DNA of 63,573 bases, counting the filler, from Octopus bimaculoides (lineage: Eukaryota): NCBI RefSeq assembly GCF_001194135.2. It is 4 parts of 4 records of this genome, joined end to end, with 100 filler letters (N's around TTAATTAATTAA, not from the genome) between each part and the next. Parts side by side here need not be neighbours in the genome. Positions count along the whole stretch, not along the records: positions 1 to 22,998 come from NC_068982.1; positions 23,099 to 49,454 come from NC_069003.1; 2 more parts are not named here. The stretch is one strand, 5' to 3'. The notes under the pieces are model-generated. The model was not told where the DNA came from, did no database searches, and worked only from the letters and a program-made list of their open reading frames with translations. The position numbers and the translations under genes were made by a program. Positions 11,757 to 24,057 of the stretch are shown one piece after another (position 1 is the stretch's first letter; the number at the start of each line of letters is the position of its first letter).

Positions 11757-12372
11757 TAAGATGACAAGCTGGCAGAATCGTTAGCATGCCAAGCAAAATG
11801 TTGTTGTTGTTGGCACTCCGTCGCTTACGACGTCGAGGGTTCCAGTTGATCCGATCAACGGAACAGCCTGCTCGTGAAATTAACGTGCAAGTGGCTGAGC
11901 ACTCCACAGACACGTGTACCCTAAACGTAGTTCTCGGGGATATTCAGCGTGACACAGTGTGACAAGGCTGACGCTTTGAATTACAGGCACAACAGAAACA
12001 GGAAGTAAGAGTGAGAGAAAGTTGTGGTGGAAGAGTACAGCAGGGTTCACCACCATCCCCTGCCTGAGCCTCATGGGGCTTTAGGTGTTTTCGCTCAATA
12101 AACACTCACAACGCCCGGTCTGGGAATCGAAACCGCGATCCTATGACCATGAGTCCGCTGCCCTAACCACTGGGCCATTGCACCTCCTACCAAGCAAAAT
12201 GATTAGCACTATTTTGTTCATTGCTACATTCTGAGTTCAAATTCCTCCAAGGTCAACTTTGCCTTTCATTCTTTCGGGGGTCAATAAAATAAGTACCAGT
12301 TGCACACAGGGTTAATGTAATTGACTTACTCCCTCCCCTGAAATTGCTGGCCTAATATTTGAAAGCAATATT
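11757..12372 (+). mobile_element. SINE family C monomer interrupted by a family A SINE
   Basis: Head at 11757-11800 resumes at 12202 (ATTAGCAC..CTGAGTTCAAATTCC..GCCTTTCATTCTTTCGGGG). Confidence 0.8.
11801..12189 (-). mobile_element. SINE family A, full length, nested
   Basis: 12-bp TSD CCAAGCAAAATG at 11789-11800 and 12190-12201. tRNA-like head and (AAC)n tail. Confidence 0.92.
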
Positions 12373-12414
12373 TCAGTCATCGTAATTTCCTTCTTTCTTT
12401 TACTAATACTTACA

Positions 12415-12905
12415 TAATATATCTAAGCTCACATTATCTAACGTACCAGTCTTTCTTGAAATGATAGAGATTTAAGAGAGATTTAGTTATTATTTCTAGC
12501 AAGTTGGATGAAAATGTAAGGAGCTCTCTCATTGTCAAATGCATGTGTGTGTAGACTGAAAGTCAATTGTCCAGATATAATATATCTAAGCTCACATTAT
12601 TTAATGTGCCCCTCTTTCTTGAGATGATAGTGATTCAAGAGAGATTTAGTTATTATTTCTAGCAAGTTGGATGAAAATGTAAGGAGCTCTCTCATTGTCA
12701 AATGCATGTTTGCATAGACTGAAAGTTAATTGTCCAGACATAATATATGTAAGCTCACATTATTTAATGTGCCAGTCTTTCTTGAGATGATAATGATTTA
12801 AGAGAGATTTAGTTATTATTTCTAGCAAGTTGGATGAAAATGTAAAGAGCTCTCTCATTGTCAAATGCATGTTTGCGTAGACTGAAAGTCAATTGTCCAG
12901 ATATT
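12415..12905. repeat. Tandem repeat, 3 x 163 bp
   Basis: AT(C/G)TAAGCTCACATTAT recurs at 12421, 12584 and 12747. Confidence 0.9.
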
Positions 12906-13622
12906 TATATGCTTTGCTCTACTATAAACAGACAACTGTTTCAGAATATGTTGCTCATCAGTCTCTCTTTGTAGGGTTTAGAGTTAAACTGAAATTAAAT
13001 AAAAAATATCCGAATTGCTTTTATCCCTCCTTTTCAAATCAGTGATTAAAAACAACTATAAGGAACATTAATAGTTTATTGGCATAGAAGGTTGTAGGTT
13101 TTTCTCATATCGAAGTTTGATATGGGGGGAAAAAAAAACCTTCATTTAACTAAGGTGTCTTCGACCCAATGAATAGCTAGTGGAGAACACCTCATCAAGT
13201 AATTATTACTTCCAAGGTTCTGGTAGCTAAGAAACATATGTAACCTGGATTTTATCTACTCCATTCCCTCAATTTGGATATATANNNNNNNNNNNNNNNN
13301 NNNNNNNNNNNNNNNNNNNNNNNNNNNNNNNNNNNNNNNNNNNNNNNNNNNNNNNNNNNNNNNNNNNNNNNNNNNNNNNNNNNNNNNNNNNNNNNNNNNN
13401 NNNNNNNNNNNNNNNNNNNNNNNNNNNNNNNNNNNNNNNNNNNNNNNNNNNNNNNNNNNNNNNNNNNNNNNNNNNNNNNNNNNNNNNNNNNNNNNNNNNN
13501 NNNNNNNNNNNNNNNNNNNNNNNNNNNNNNNNNNNNNNNNNNNNNNNNNNNNNNNNNNNNNNNNNNNNNNNNNNNNNNNNNNNNNNNNNNNNNNNNNNNN
13601 NNNNNNNNNNNNNNNNNNNNNN

Positions 13623-13656
<34 letters not shown>

Positions 13657-13957
13657 ATATGAATATGTAATGTCCATACATCTATGTGTCTATGTATATA
13701 TATCTTTATGTTTGTGTGTATATGCGTGTGTGTATACACGTGCATAGATTTTCATTATATGTATGTATGTGTGTGTGTATGTATGGCTGTATGTACACAC
13801 ACACACACATATATATATGCTTAAATTTCTATTTAACTTCATTACAGGCCATCAATCATTGGGATATATGATTCAGGTGCTGACCGTTATTTAAAGTAAG
13901 TGGACTTCATATAATCTTTATATAGCATGTTTATATGTGAGTGTATTTTGAATAATT

Positions 13958-14330
13958 TATCTTTTACTCATTTCAGTCATTAGACTACAGTCATGCTGGA
14001 GCACTGCTTTGAGGTATTTTAGTCAAATGAATCAACCCCAGTACTTTTTTTAAAGTCTGCTACTTATTCTATCGATCTCTTTTTCTGAACTGCTAAGTTA
14101 CAGTGATGAAAACACACCAACACCATTTGTCAAGTAGTGATGGGGGAAAAAAGAAACACAAGACACACACACTCATGGCTGGCTTCTTTCAGTTTCTGTC
14201 TACCAAATCTACTCACAAGGTTTTGTTTGACCTGAGGATATAGAAGAAGATACTTGCCCTAAGTGCCACACAGTGGGACTGAACCCAGAATGATGTGGTT
14301 GGGAAGCAAACTCCTTACCACACAGCCACA
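13958..14330 (-). mobile_element. SINE family B, full length, diverged
   Basis: Collinear with 57000-57403 (GTCATGCTGGAGCAC..TTCTTTCAGTTTC..ACCACACAGCCAC). Confidence 0.8.
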
Positions 14331-14743
14331 CCAACACATACATCAATCAACTTTCTGTTTCTTTGTCTATACACACGTGCACTCTTCCAAAAACATGTGT
14401 AATGAATATGCATACGTTTATAAATGTATTTATATGCATATTTATGTGTGTGTGTATTTCGTACACATGTGCATGTGTATGGATATGTGCTTGTGCGTGT
14501 GCGCGCGCGCGCGCGCGCGCGTGCTTGTGTGTGCGTGCGGATATGTATATGCATATCTCTTCTGCAAGCTAAATTACATATGACAGATATTAATTCAGTA
14601 TCTAAGTGCTATAAACCAAAGTGATACAAAGAACTAGTTATTTGTCAGCCTTCCAGCAAAATGTCCATATATCTTGTGTATCCATCAATTACATTACTTA
14701 CAGAAAACGGAACTCTTGCTGACTGTTTTCCTCTTTCTCCTAG

Positions 14744-14872
14744 GGATTCAAATCACTTTCTTTTAGCTTCTAAAAGCCTCACATCTCAACTGCCATGCAA
14801 CCTTCACAACTCCGACAATATTATCTTTGAATATAGTACTGCCTCAACTGTTACATACAATTATGCATGTTT
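14744..14872 (+). CDS. Candidate EL2 exon of the SLC6 gene
   Basis: Strong acceptor TTTTCCTCTTTCTCCTAG. Phase 2 completes TG|G = Trp, giving NKTLWDSN (compare NxWNT). Open for 43 codons. The only phase-2 donor found (GTGACA) is weak and similarity is otherwise poor. Confidence 0.4.
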
Positions 14873-14950
14873 GTGACATTAGATACACTAATTTACTAAA
14901 ACAAATGCACACATATACATATACATGTATGTATATATGTATGTATGTAT

Positions 14951-15600
14951 GGGATAAAATGGAGAATAGTGATCATTGATGTAGAATTTCTTCAGAGAAG
15001 CTGCAGTAGGAGTGTAGAATCGATTGTTCTACAAAGTGATTTGAGGTGGGGTGGACATCTGGTGAAAATGAATAATAAAAGGCTTCCTAAGCAACTTTAG
15101 TATGGTGAGTTGAAAGATTGTGAAAAGCCAGAACATAAACCCAAAATAAGGTTCAAGGACTGCTTGAGAATTGCTCTGGCACAGACAGGAGGTTTAGTTG
15201 TTGATTGGAAGAGGAAAGCACAAAAATGAAATTGAAGTTTGAAAGAGAGAGAATGAAACATGAGAAGATCAGGAGAAAACTTAGAAAGAATGAATCAGTA
15301 GAAGATGAAAGAGTATTGATTTTTACATGCGTTATTTGTAGGAAGAAATGTTTGAGTCATGCAGGCCTGGTCAGCCATCAAAGAAGCCACGGAAATCAAC
15401 CCCTTGTAAATTATGATACAGCTCTTGTCGACAAGAGACTGTGTGCAATTTGTGGAAAGTATCCTGTTTAGTTGGAGGATTAAAAAGACATGTCAGAAGA
15501 CTTCCTTCTATGGCACTGGTACCTTCTGCAAATCTTTGGTGGGGCTCAAGAGTTACATAAAGGCTTCACGCTGCATTATCAATGACTCATTTCAATGATT
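14951..15600 (+). mobile_element. RTE-clade LINE 3' fragment with C2H2 zinc finger(s), degenerate
   Basis: LRWGGHLVKMNNKRLPKQL*YGEL..RFKDCL, then CVICRKKCLSHAGLVSHQRSH. Contains stops and frameshifts. Confidence 0.85.
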
Positions 15601-15963
15601 CTTTCTAGCAATGGCTTTGCTTGTATACAAGAAAGCAGCCACAATGCATGTATGTAACTTTAAATGCACTAATGTATTAAAACGAACACACACACACAGA
15701 CACACATAAACATACATGTGCAAATGTATGTGTGCATTTATGTGTGAATATGTATATACGCATTTACACACATGCACGCATATATATATGCATATGTATG
15801 CATGTATGTGTGTATATGTATATACATACATATGTATTATGTGTGGGCATCTACATATGCATACATGGATATGTATATATACATACACAGAAACATATTT
15901 ATCTATGTCTGTCGATCTGTTTGTCTGTCTGTCTGTCTGTCTGTCCCCTTATCTCACTCTCTC

Positions 15964-16153
15964 TATCATCATCATCATTGTTTAACGTCCACTTTCTATG
16001 CTAGCATGGGTTGGACAATTTAACTGAGGACTGGTGAACCAGATGGCAACACCAGGCTCCAATCTGATTTGGCAGAGTTTCTACAGCTGGATGCCCTTCC
16101 TAATGCCAACCACTCCTAGAGTGTAGTGGGTGCTTTTACGTGCCACCGGCACG
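15964..16153 (-). mobile_element. Family D repeat
   Basis: Near-identical to 9175-9370. Confidence 0.85.
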
Positions 16154-16486
16154 ATATATATATTTATATATATATATATAGAGAGAGAGAAAGAGGGACA
16201 TATATGTGTATTACAGTCTATTACAGTCTGTTACAGTCTGTCATACCGGCCATGATGAAATACCACAAGGTATAGAAAATACATATTCGCCTTTATATAT
16301 TTAATCCTTTATATTGCACACTCAATATTTCATATATTCAATAAGACATTCAATACTTCATTTCATTGTACCATCCATTTTTATATTATATATTATATAT
16401 TCCATATTCTATATCCCACATTAATCTTACAAGAATATAAATAAAACATAAAAAACAGACAGAGTTGGAACTCTTTTAAATAAAAT

Positions 16487-16524
<38 letters not shown>

Positions 16525-16878
16525 TAAATGTGTGGGCATGTGCGTGTGTGTATTTATACATGTGTCTACACACACATGCTTGTGTGCATGTGCACAATAT
16601 TTGCACATATGTTAAAGACCAAACAAGGAATGGGAGAGATGAAAGTAAAAGAAAACACATTTGACTGTGAATAAAACAGAAAAATATTGGGAGAATTGCT
16701 TCATATTGTTTCACAGAAACACACTTGTCCAAATATCATGCAGCTATTTGCACTGAATGAGTACCTCCTTTGGTTAGAGAATAGTAACTGTGCTGGATGG
16801 GTGGCTGGATGGCTGGTTGATTGGATGAATGGATGCATGCATGCATATTAGCACACATACATGATGATAGCTGTCCAC

Positions 16879-17034
16879 CAGGGGCAGACTGAGAATATTA
16901 AGGGCCCTTGGGTATAACTGTTCACTGGGCCCCTTAGCTTTGATAACAAAGAGTTAACATGTAGAGTGTGGGCCCCTCAGAGCTCTGGGCTCTTGGAAAG
17001 TGCCTGATTGACTGACAGCTCAGTCCACCCCCTG
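16879..17034. mobile_element. hAT-like MITE (156 bp)
   Basis: Imperfect TIRs CAGGGGCAGACTG / CAGTCCACCCCCTG. Exact 8-bp TSD CTGTCCAC at 16871-16878 and 17035-17042. Confidence 0.85.
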
Positions 17035-17199
17035 CTGTCCACTCATGATCAATGAAGACCATCACTGATAATTGAAAACAGATGACCTCATGATGCTGAA
17101 CATTTCAGATGAGATGTCAAAGGACCAAGATACATGGTGCCTTGTAATACTCAAGAAAACTCATCCTCAGTAGAAGTGTTAAGGTCACTCCCCCTGGTG

Positions 17200-17445
17200 A
17201 AGAGGATTAGTCTTGTGTCAATGAATTCATGTCAGTGCCACATGAAAGTGCTTGTGCTGGTGCCATGTTAAAAGCACCATGCATACACTGTAAAGTGGTT
17301 GGCATTAGGAAGAGCATTCAGATGAAGAGAGCAAGCCGAATTAAACTGGAACCTGATGCAGCTCCCCAGCTTATCAACTCTGATCAAATCGTCCAACCCA
17401 TACCAGCATTGGAAAACAGATGTTAAAGGATGATGATGATGATGA
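17200..17445 (+). mobile_element. Family D repeat, diverged
   Basis: GGTTGGCATTAGGAAGAGCATTCAG..CAGATGTTAAAGGATGATGATG. Confidence 0.7.
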
Positions 17446-18680
17446 TTGCACCCAGACAAATTTATACTTTACGCTTGTGGTTACGCTGGTGACTAATTAA
17501 CCCAGCTCTTGATTAACATATATGTCTGCAAATATTGCAGACCATACTTATCTCATTCACTACACTGGTGATGTATCTGTGAGCATCTTGCTTAAATTCT
17601 GCTTAAAAAATGTTTTTTCAAAAATACCAACATATACAAGACGCATAGTTTAATGATATATATAAGTATGCTATATATGGCTTTGTGTGTTTATGAGTCA
17701 TCAACAGTTATTGCTATACTCATACATACTCTAACTTACAGGTCTGCTTGACCAGAGCTAACCTGAGCTATTCAGAAACTATTTAGTCACACCATAGTAT
17801 GAGGTGATCAATATGGCAATGCCAGAAATCTCTGTGACCAATAAGAGTGTTGCATGTAGCAATTACCAGTGTTTGTTACATCGTTCATTAATCTAATGAG
17901 AAAGTGGACAACTTTTTGTCAAATTGATCCATATACACAGAAGTATTTTGGGAAACTTCTATCTTTATATGGATGTGTGTTTCATATACCACCACCACCA
18001 TGTCACCGTTGTCATCATCATCATCATTGCCATCGTCGTCATCATCATCATCATCATCATTTAATGCTTGCACTCCATGCTGGCATTAGTTGGAAAATCT
18101 GAAAGGATCCCATAAGTCAAAGGACCATGTCATGCTTCAACATCTAGTTCTAGTGTGGTCACTATAACTGAATTCTCTTCCTAATGCCAATCACTTTATA
18201 AATTATACAGGGTGGTTTTTTTTTGGTGGGGTGGGGGGTGGCTAATGGTGTTTTGTTTCATCATTATCATGTGCTACAGAACCTGTCTATTGACTAAATA
18301 CACAACACTATGTGTTACAATGAATATAAACATTGTCTATACAATATGCTCTTGAAAACTAAAGAAGAGAACAGCTGGTCCTTCTTTTCTTGTCTCTGAG
18401 TATATTATATAGACACATATTTTACATTTGAATAAACACACAATGCTGGTTATCAAATTTATTGACATGTTTCATAATACATTATCACTAAACACACACA
18501 AATACACACATATCAGGCACGTACCGTCAGTAATTACTCAGGGTAGGCAGTTAGCAACGTTTATGTAGTAAAACACACAAAAAATTTTAAAAAAAAGCGA
18601 AACACAGGCATGTGACTGAGATGGAGGCAGATTTACTTCTGCCTTTATAACACATAAAGAAAATGTTGTTGTAGGAATGT

Positions 18681-19043
18681 GTGTGTGTGTTGGCACTCCG
18701 TCGCTTACGACGTCGAGGGTTCCAGTTGATCCGATCAACGGAACAGCCTGCTCGTGAAATTAACGTGTAAGTGGCTAGGCACTCCACAGACACGTGTACC
18801 CTTAACATAGTTTTCAGGGATATTCAGCGTGACACAGTGTGACAAGGCTGGCCCTTTTTGAATTACAGGCACAACAGAAACAGGCAGTAAGAGTAAGAGA
18901 AAGTTGTGGTGAAAGAGTACAGCAGGGTTCGCCACCACCCCCTGCTGGAGTCTCGTGGAGCTTTAGCTCAATAAACACTCACAACGCCCGGTCTGGGAAT
19001 CGAAACCGCGATCCTATGACCGCGAGTCCACTGCCCTAACCAC
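18681..19043 (-). mobile_element. SINE family A, slightly 5'-truncated, (AC)n tail
   Basis: 11-bp TSD TGTAGGAATGT at 18670-18680 and 19044-19054. Confidence 0.9.
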
Positions 19044-19111
19044 TGTAGGAATGTACACAGCACGTGTACTACAGCAGTCCTGTGCATAGCTTTAATACTG
19101 AGATTGAAAGG

Positions 19112-19302
19112 CAGGGGCGAATTATGCCTACCTAATCTACAAAAAGGTAAAATATTTTGTATTTTATGCAGAGTAATCAGAGTAACCTTCTAATTTTATT
19201 GAATTAGGTGCATATTTTGCCATAAAAGGAAAATGGTACTATTGATCTATTTTATTCAGGGTAGGAACTGCCTACCTTACCTACCCTGGTGGCACGTCCC
19301 TG
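19112..19302. mobile_element. Possible hAT-like MITE
   Basis: Ends CAGGGGCG ... CACGTCCCTG. No matching TSD. Confidence 0.4.
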
Positions 19303-19326
19303 ACATATATATATATATATATACAC

Positions 19327-19783
19327 CTTTTACTTATTTCAATCATAAGAGTGCAGCCATGCTGGAGCACAATCTTGAAGAATTTTTAATTGAATGAGTT
19401 GATCCCAGTACTTCTTTTTCTTTAAGCTTAGTACTTATTCTATCAGTCTCTTTTGCTGACCCACTAAGTTATTGAGACATAAACACATTAACACCAGTTC
19501 TCAAGCGGTAGTGGAAGACACACAAAGACACACACATATATACATACATACACATACACACACACACACACATATATTATTTATATATATGCACTCACAC
19601 ACACACACATATGCATACATACAATAGGGTTCTTTCAGTTTCTGTCTACTAAATCCACTAACAAAGCTTTGGTCTGCCTGAGGCTATAATAGAAGAGACT
19701 TGTTCAAGGTGCCATACAGTGACTGAACTTGGAACCATGTGGTTGGGAAGCAAGCTTCTTACCACAGAGCCATGCCTGCACCT
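19327..19783 (-). mobile_element. SINE family B, full length, with internal (CA/TA)n
   Basis: Collinear with 57000-57403. Confidence 0.8.
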
Positions 19784-20370
19784 ATATATCATAGGTGTGA
19801 AGTCAATGGAAGCAATGGAAGCAGTGCTTCCCTTGAAAATTATAGAAACAAAATTGAAACTATATTACTTATTTTTCATAAGATCATTCTTCTAATGTTC
19901 TGTAAAATTAATATAAACTACCTGACATCATAGGCTTCAGAATTAGCATGAGACAAGCAGTGGCAGATGACCCCAAAAAAAAGTCTGTGCAAGGGAAGCA
20001 ACACGAGCTGTTGCATCCTTTTCAGTGTAATATCTTAACATTTTTTCCGATAAAAATGCCACAAAGACAATTTTTTCTAGTAAGAGCTGATAATGAATAG
20101 TTCTAGATACTAATAAATACTTATATGCTTAGATTAAGTTTCTGTCAATTCGCAATACTTATGATATATATAATCTTACATTGTTATGTAACACTTACAT
20201 AGGAAAAGGGAAGCAAGTTGACATACTGCTTCCATCAGAAAAACAGTGAAAAGATAACATGCGTATAGTTGTCTGCGTTTATTCAACTAATATTTGATTC
20301 AAATATCTATGCAACAGAAAATTTTGGTCATTGCTTCCCCAGCCAGAAAGATCACCGCATACTCCTGCGA

Positions 20371-20592
20371 TCATCATCATCATCCTCGTTTAACGTCCAC
20401 TTTCCATGCTAGCATGAGTTGGATGATTTGACTGAGGACTGGTGAACCAGATGGCTACACCAGGCTCCAATCTGATTTGGCAGAGTTTCTACAGCTGGAT
20501 GCTCTTCCTAACGCCAACCACTCCGAGAGTGTAGTGGGTGCTTTTATGTGCCACCGGCACAAAGGCCAGTCAGGCGGTACTGGTAACGGCCA
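20371..20592 (-). mobile_element. Family D repeat
   Basis: Near-identical to 9175-9400. Confidence 0.85.
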
Positions 20593-21215
20593 TATATTTA
20601 TGTGTGTGTGTGTGTGTGTATAAATAATTATATATGTTTTATGGAAGTAACTTGATTTTAAGCAATGCTATTGGTTGATTGTTCTCTTAAATATGAGTAG
20701 CACAGATGTAACTTTTCAGTCCTGCTAGGAACCGACATTTCTTTTGCACAGATGTGGCAATGATGAGTGTCTCTGGCAGCTGATGATAAAAGAGCTTATC
20801 CTTCATACTGTCACCTGCCTTCATTCAACTATGGAATTTTTCATTTAGTGTTTTGCCTTTCTTGACTACAGCCAACCATAGTATGCAACACATAATAGAG
20901 AAGTTAAAGATCAAGCAATACCTATGCCTGAAGCTTTTTAAAGTGAGAAAAGGATTTGTACCAGGCCAATCCCACTCACTTGACAACATATGCACTTTTA
21001 GTGCTACTGTCAACACACACACATACACACTCTTTTAATTATGATACCAAAGGCATGTAACCTGGTGGTTAGTGCTTTGGGCTCAAGATTGTTTGGTCAA
21101 AGGCTCAATTCCTGAACTGGGTGGTGCAGGGTGTCCTCAAGTAAAGCATCTCATTTTACATTGCTTCAGTTTACTTTGCTGGGAAATAAATATTCCCCTA
21201 ATGATACTGAAGGTC

Positions 21216-21260
<45 letters not shown>

Positions 21261-21542
21261 TCTCTCCCTCTCTCTCTCTCTTTCTCTCTCTTTTAGTTGC
21301 ATCCTGAATGTCCTGCTGGGCCAAAAATGGAAGCACTGAAAAATAATTATGAATTATTTGCTTTATTCCTTAAGAAGAGAGTCTCTGATTGTAGGGACTT
21401 AAAAATGAGATTTTGCAATATCATTCCTTTATGGAGAACATTATTCACTCAAATGAAGTGAAATAATTTAATTTGAGAATATTCTTTCTATTCATCTTAC
21501 ATTATAGTTTGGTTATAAATATTTTTTTCTTTCTTTCTTCAG

Positions 21543-21675
21543 TCTTGATGTCTTGCAGAGAACTGAACATATTGGTGAGAGTGGTACCCTAGTATGGCAC
21601 CTCAGCCTTGTCCTACTTGCCACTTGGATTATTATTTATTTCTGTGTCTTTCGAGGGGCTGCATGGATCGGGAAG
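21543..21675 (+). CDS. SLC6 transporter internal exon (end of EL2, TM4, start of TM5)
   Basis: Acceptor TTCTTTCTTCAG, donor AAG|GTTTGT. LDVLQRTEHIGESGTLVWHLSLVLLATWIIIYFCVFRGAAWIGK matches the SLC6 pattern VL..S.GI...G...W.L...L...W......C..KG....GK|V. Confidence 0.9.
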
Positions 21676-21720
21676 GTTTGTTACACCTTTTTTGTTTGCT
21701 TTATATGTTTTTATCTGTCC

Positions 21721-21940
21721 AAGGTGGCAAGCTGGCAGAATCAGTAGCATACTGGACAAAATGCTTTGCAGCATTTTATCTGTCTTTATTTTCTGAGTTC
21801 AAATTCCTCCAAGATCAACTTTGCTTTTCATCTCTTTCAGGTCAATAAAATAAAATACAACTTGAACACTGGAGTTGATATAATTGACTAGCCCCACCTC
21901 CTACAAAATTTCAGGCTTTATATCCTATAGAAGAAAGAAT
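21721..21940 (+). mobile_element. SINE family C monomer
   Basis: AAGGTGGCAAGCTGGCAGAATC head, TTCTGAGTTCAAATTCC. Confidence 0.8.
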
Positions 21941-22374
21941 GTTTTATCTGCCTGTCTTTTATTTTATGTTTGTCTGTCTACCTTTTCTTTTATATGTTTG
22001 TCTGTCTGCAGGCCAGCCTCTTTTTTCTGTGTTTACTATTGATTTTCTATACAGAATTATCATCATTTAACATCACAATATTCAAAGTAATTAACAATGT
22101 AATAATCTCTATCTATTCTACTCATCATGATGTGTTGTTTAAGTGGTATGCACTTTAATCAATTTAACTATTGAATGATATCAAAATTATAGCCAAAAGC
22201 TTTAATATAATGGAACAATGTTATGAAAATCTATAAATTTCTGCATCAAAATAAAAATATGAACATTTAAAAGAAAGGGAATTTCTATTGGTTCTGCTAG
22301 TAATTAATAGTTAGAATTAATTTATAGCCCTTCTGTAGCTATACTTCATATTATATTAAACTGAAACTCTACAG

Positions 22375-22620
22375 GAAACATGTGACTTTGTGGATAGGGA
22401 GTTGGACTCATGATTGTAAGATTGTAGTTTCAATTCCTGGACTGGGCAACACATTGAGCAAAACACTTCATTTCAAGTTGCTCCAGTCCACTCAACTGGC
22501 AAAATTAGTAATCTTCTGACGGACAGGCGCTCTGTCCAGTGGGGAATATATACATCACAAAAACCATAAAATTGGGCCTATAAGTCTATATGACTTGGGA
22601 ATGATCTTTATCCTATATCC
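22375..22620 (+). mobile_element. tRNA-derived SINE related to family F
   Basis: TTTCAATTCCTGG B-box-like, TTGAGCAAAACACTTCATTTC core, GACGGACAGGCGCTCTGTCCAG (V-domain-like, from recall). Confidence 0.55.
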
Positions 22621-22624
22621 TGAA

Positions 22625-22925
22625 ACTCGAGAAGGCATCATTGCCACCACTGCCACCGCCGCCGCCGCCACCACCGCCACCGCCACCACCACCACCATCA
22701 TCATCATCATTCTTAAAACATTCATTTTTCCATACTTGCATTGGTCAGATGGAATTTGATGAGGCAAGTTTTCTATGGTCAGATACTTTTTACGTTGCCA
22801 ACACATTTTTTGTTTCCAAGCAAGGTAAAATTTCCTCATAACTGGACATGTTTTCATGGAAGGCTGAAAACGAATAACACTGCTTCTATGACAATGACAC
22901 ACATTTACAACAATCAAGCAATGTC
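22625..22925 (-). mobile_element. Family D-variant repeat with (GAT/GGT)n tail
   Basis: Reverse complement matches 2605-2720 plus 3457-3595. Confidence 0.65.
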
Positions 22926-22998
22926 AAGATAAGGAGGCACAAACACACACAGATACTTACATACATTCATACATACACATATATATGCATGTATGTAC

Positions 22999-23098
22999 NN
23001 NNNNNNNNNNNNNNNNNNNNNNNNNNNNNNNNNNNNNNNNNNTTAATTAATTAANNNNNNNNNNNNNNNNNNNNNNNNNNNNNNNNNNNNNNNNNNNN
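22999..23098. other. Artificial scaffold join: 44 N + TTAATTAATTAA + 44 N
   Basis: Identical 100-nt construct occurs three times. The 12-mer is palindromic with stops in all six frames. Confidence 0.95.
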
Positions 23099-23163
<65 letters not shown>

Positions 23164-23279
23164 TATGTATATGTATATATATATGCGTGTGTGGGAGAGA
23201 GAGAGAGAGAGAGAGAGAGCGTACATACGTACATACATACATACGTATATATGTGTATGCATAGAGAAAAAGAGAGAGT

Positions 23280-23321
<42 letters not shown>

Positions 23322-23328
23322 TTCACCG

Positions 23329-23373
<45 letters not shown>

Positions 23374-24057
23374 CTATCAATCGGTAATGTCTTTAAGAAG
23401 CTGCTGGATAAATGGCGCTTGAGTCATTAGACCGAAAATGACTGAGTCTACTCGAATCTCCATGAACACTTAACGCAATAAGAAGATTTGTGGCCGAAAA
23501 GTCACATCCTATTATGAATGACTGCCAGATTGAGCTGATTCTAAAGGCAATACTCACCATCAAAAGGAAAATAAATAAATACTACGGAAGGATCATTGTG
23601 TGGCACTATACAACACGACTACAACCTACACAGCACATTCAACAATATGAATCATCACAACAAAAGGGTGAAGCAGTTTTGTTTGAATAACAAGTATAAT
23701 ATAGTGAGATATATGCGAATATCGATATTGCAATAAAACCATAATGTTTATGAATATACACTGAAATGTCCACTGGAAATGGTGAGTGGTGTGGCAAGGC
23801 ATTAAATGCTCGTGTCCATTATTAAAGTAAGAGCGATGGTAGCTGTGGTGGTGGTGGTGGTGGTGGTAGTGGTAGTGGTGGTGGTAGTGGTACTGGTTGT
23901 AGTGGTGTTTCTAGNNNNNNNNNNGGTGGTGGTGATGGTGGTGGTGGTGGTGGTGGCGGAGAAGGTGTTGTGGGTGGAGTGGGGTGGCGGCGGCGAAAGG
24001 GGTGGGGGGATGCTGGTGACTGCATTAATAGATGTAGCTGTGGTAATTGCACATAGG

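Noticed and set aside
12415-12905. Tandem arrays here and at 57654-57963 as CRISPR-like
   Set aside because: Contiguous repeats without unique spacers, no cas genes, eukaryotic context.
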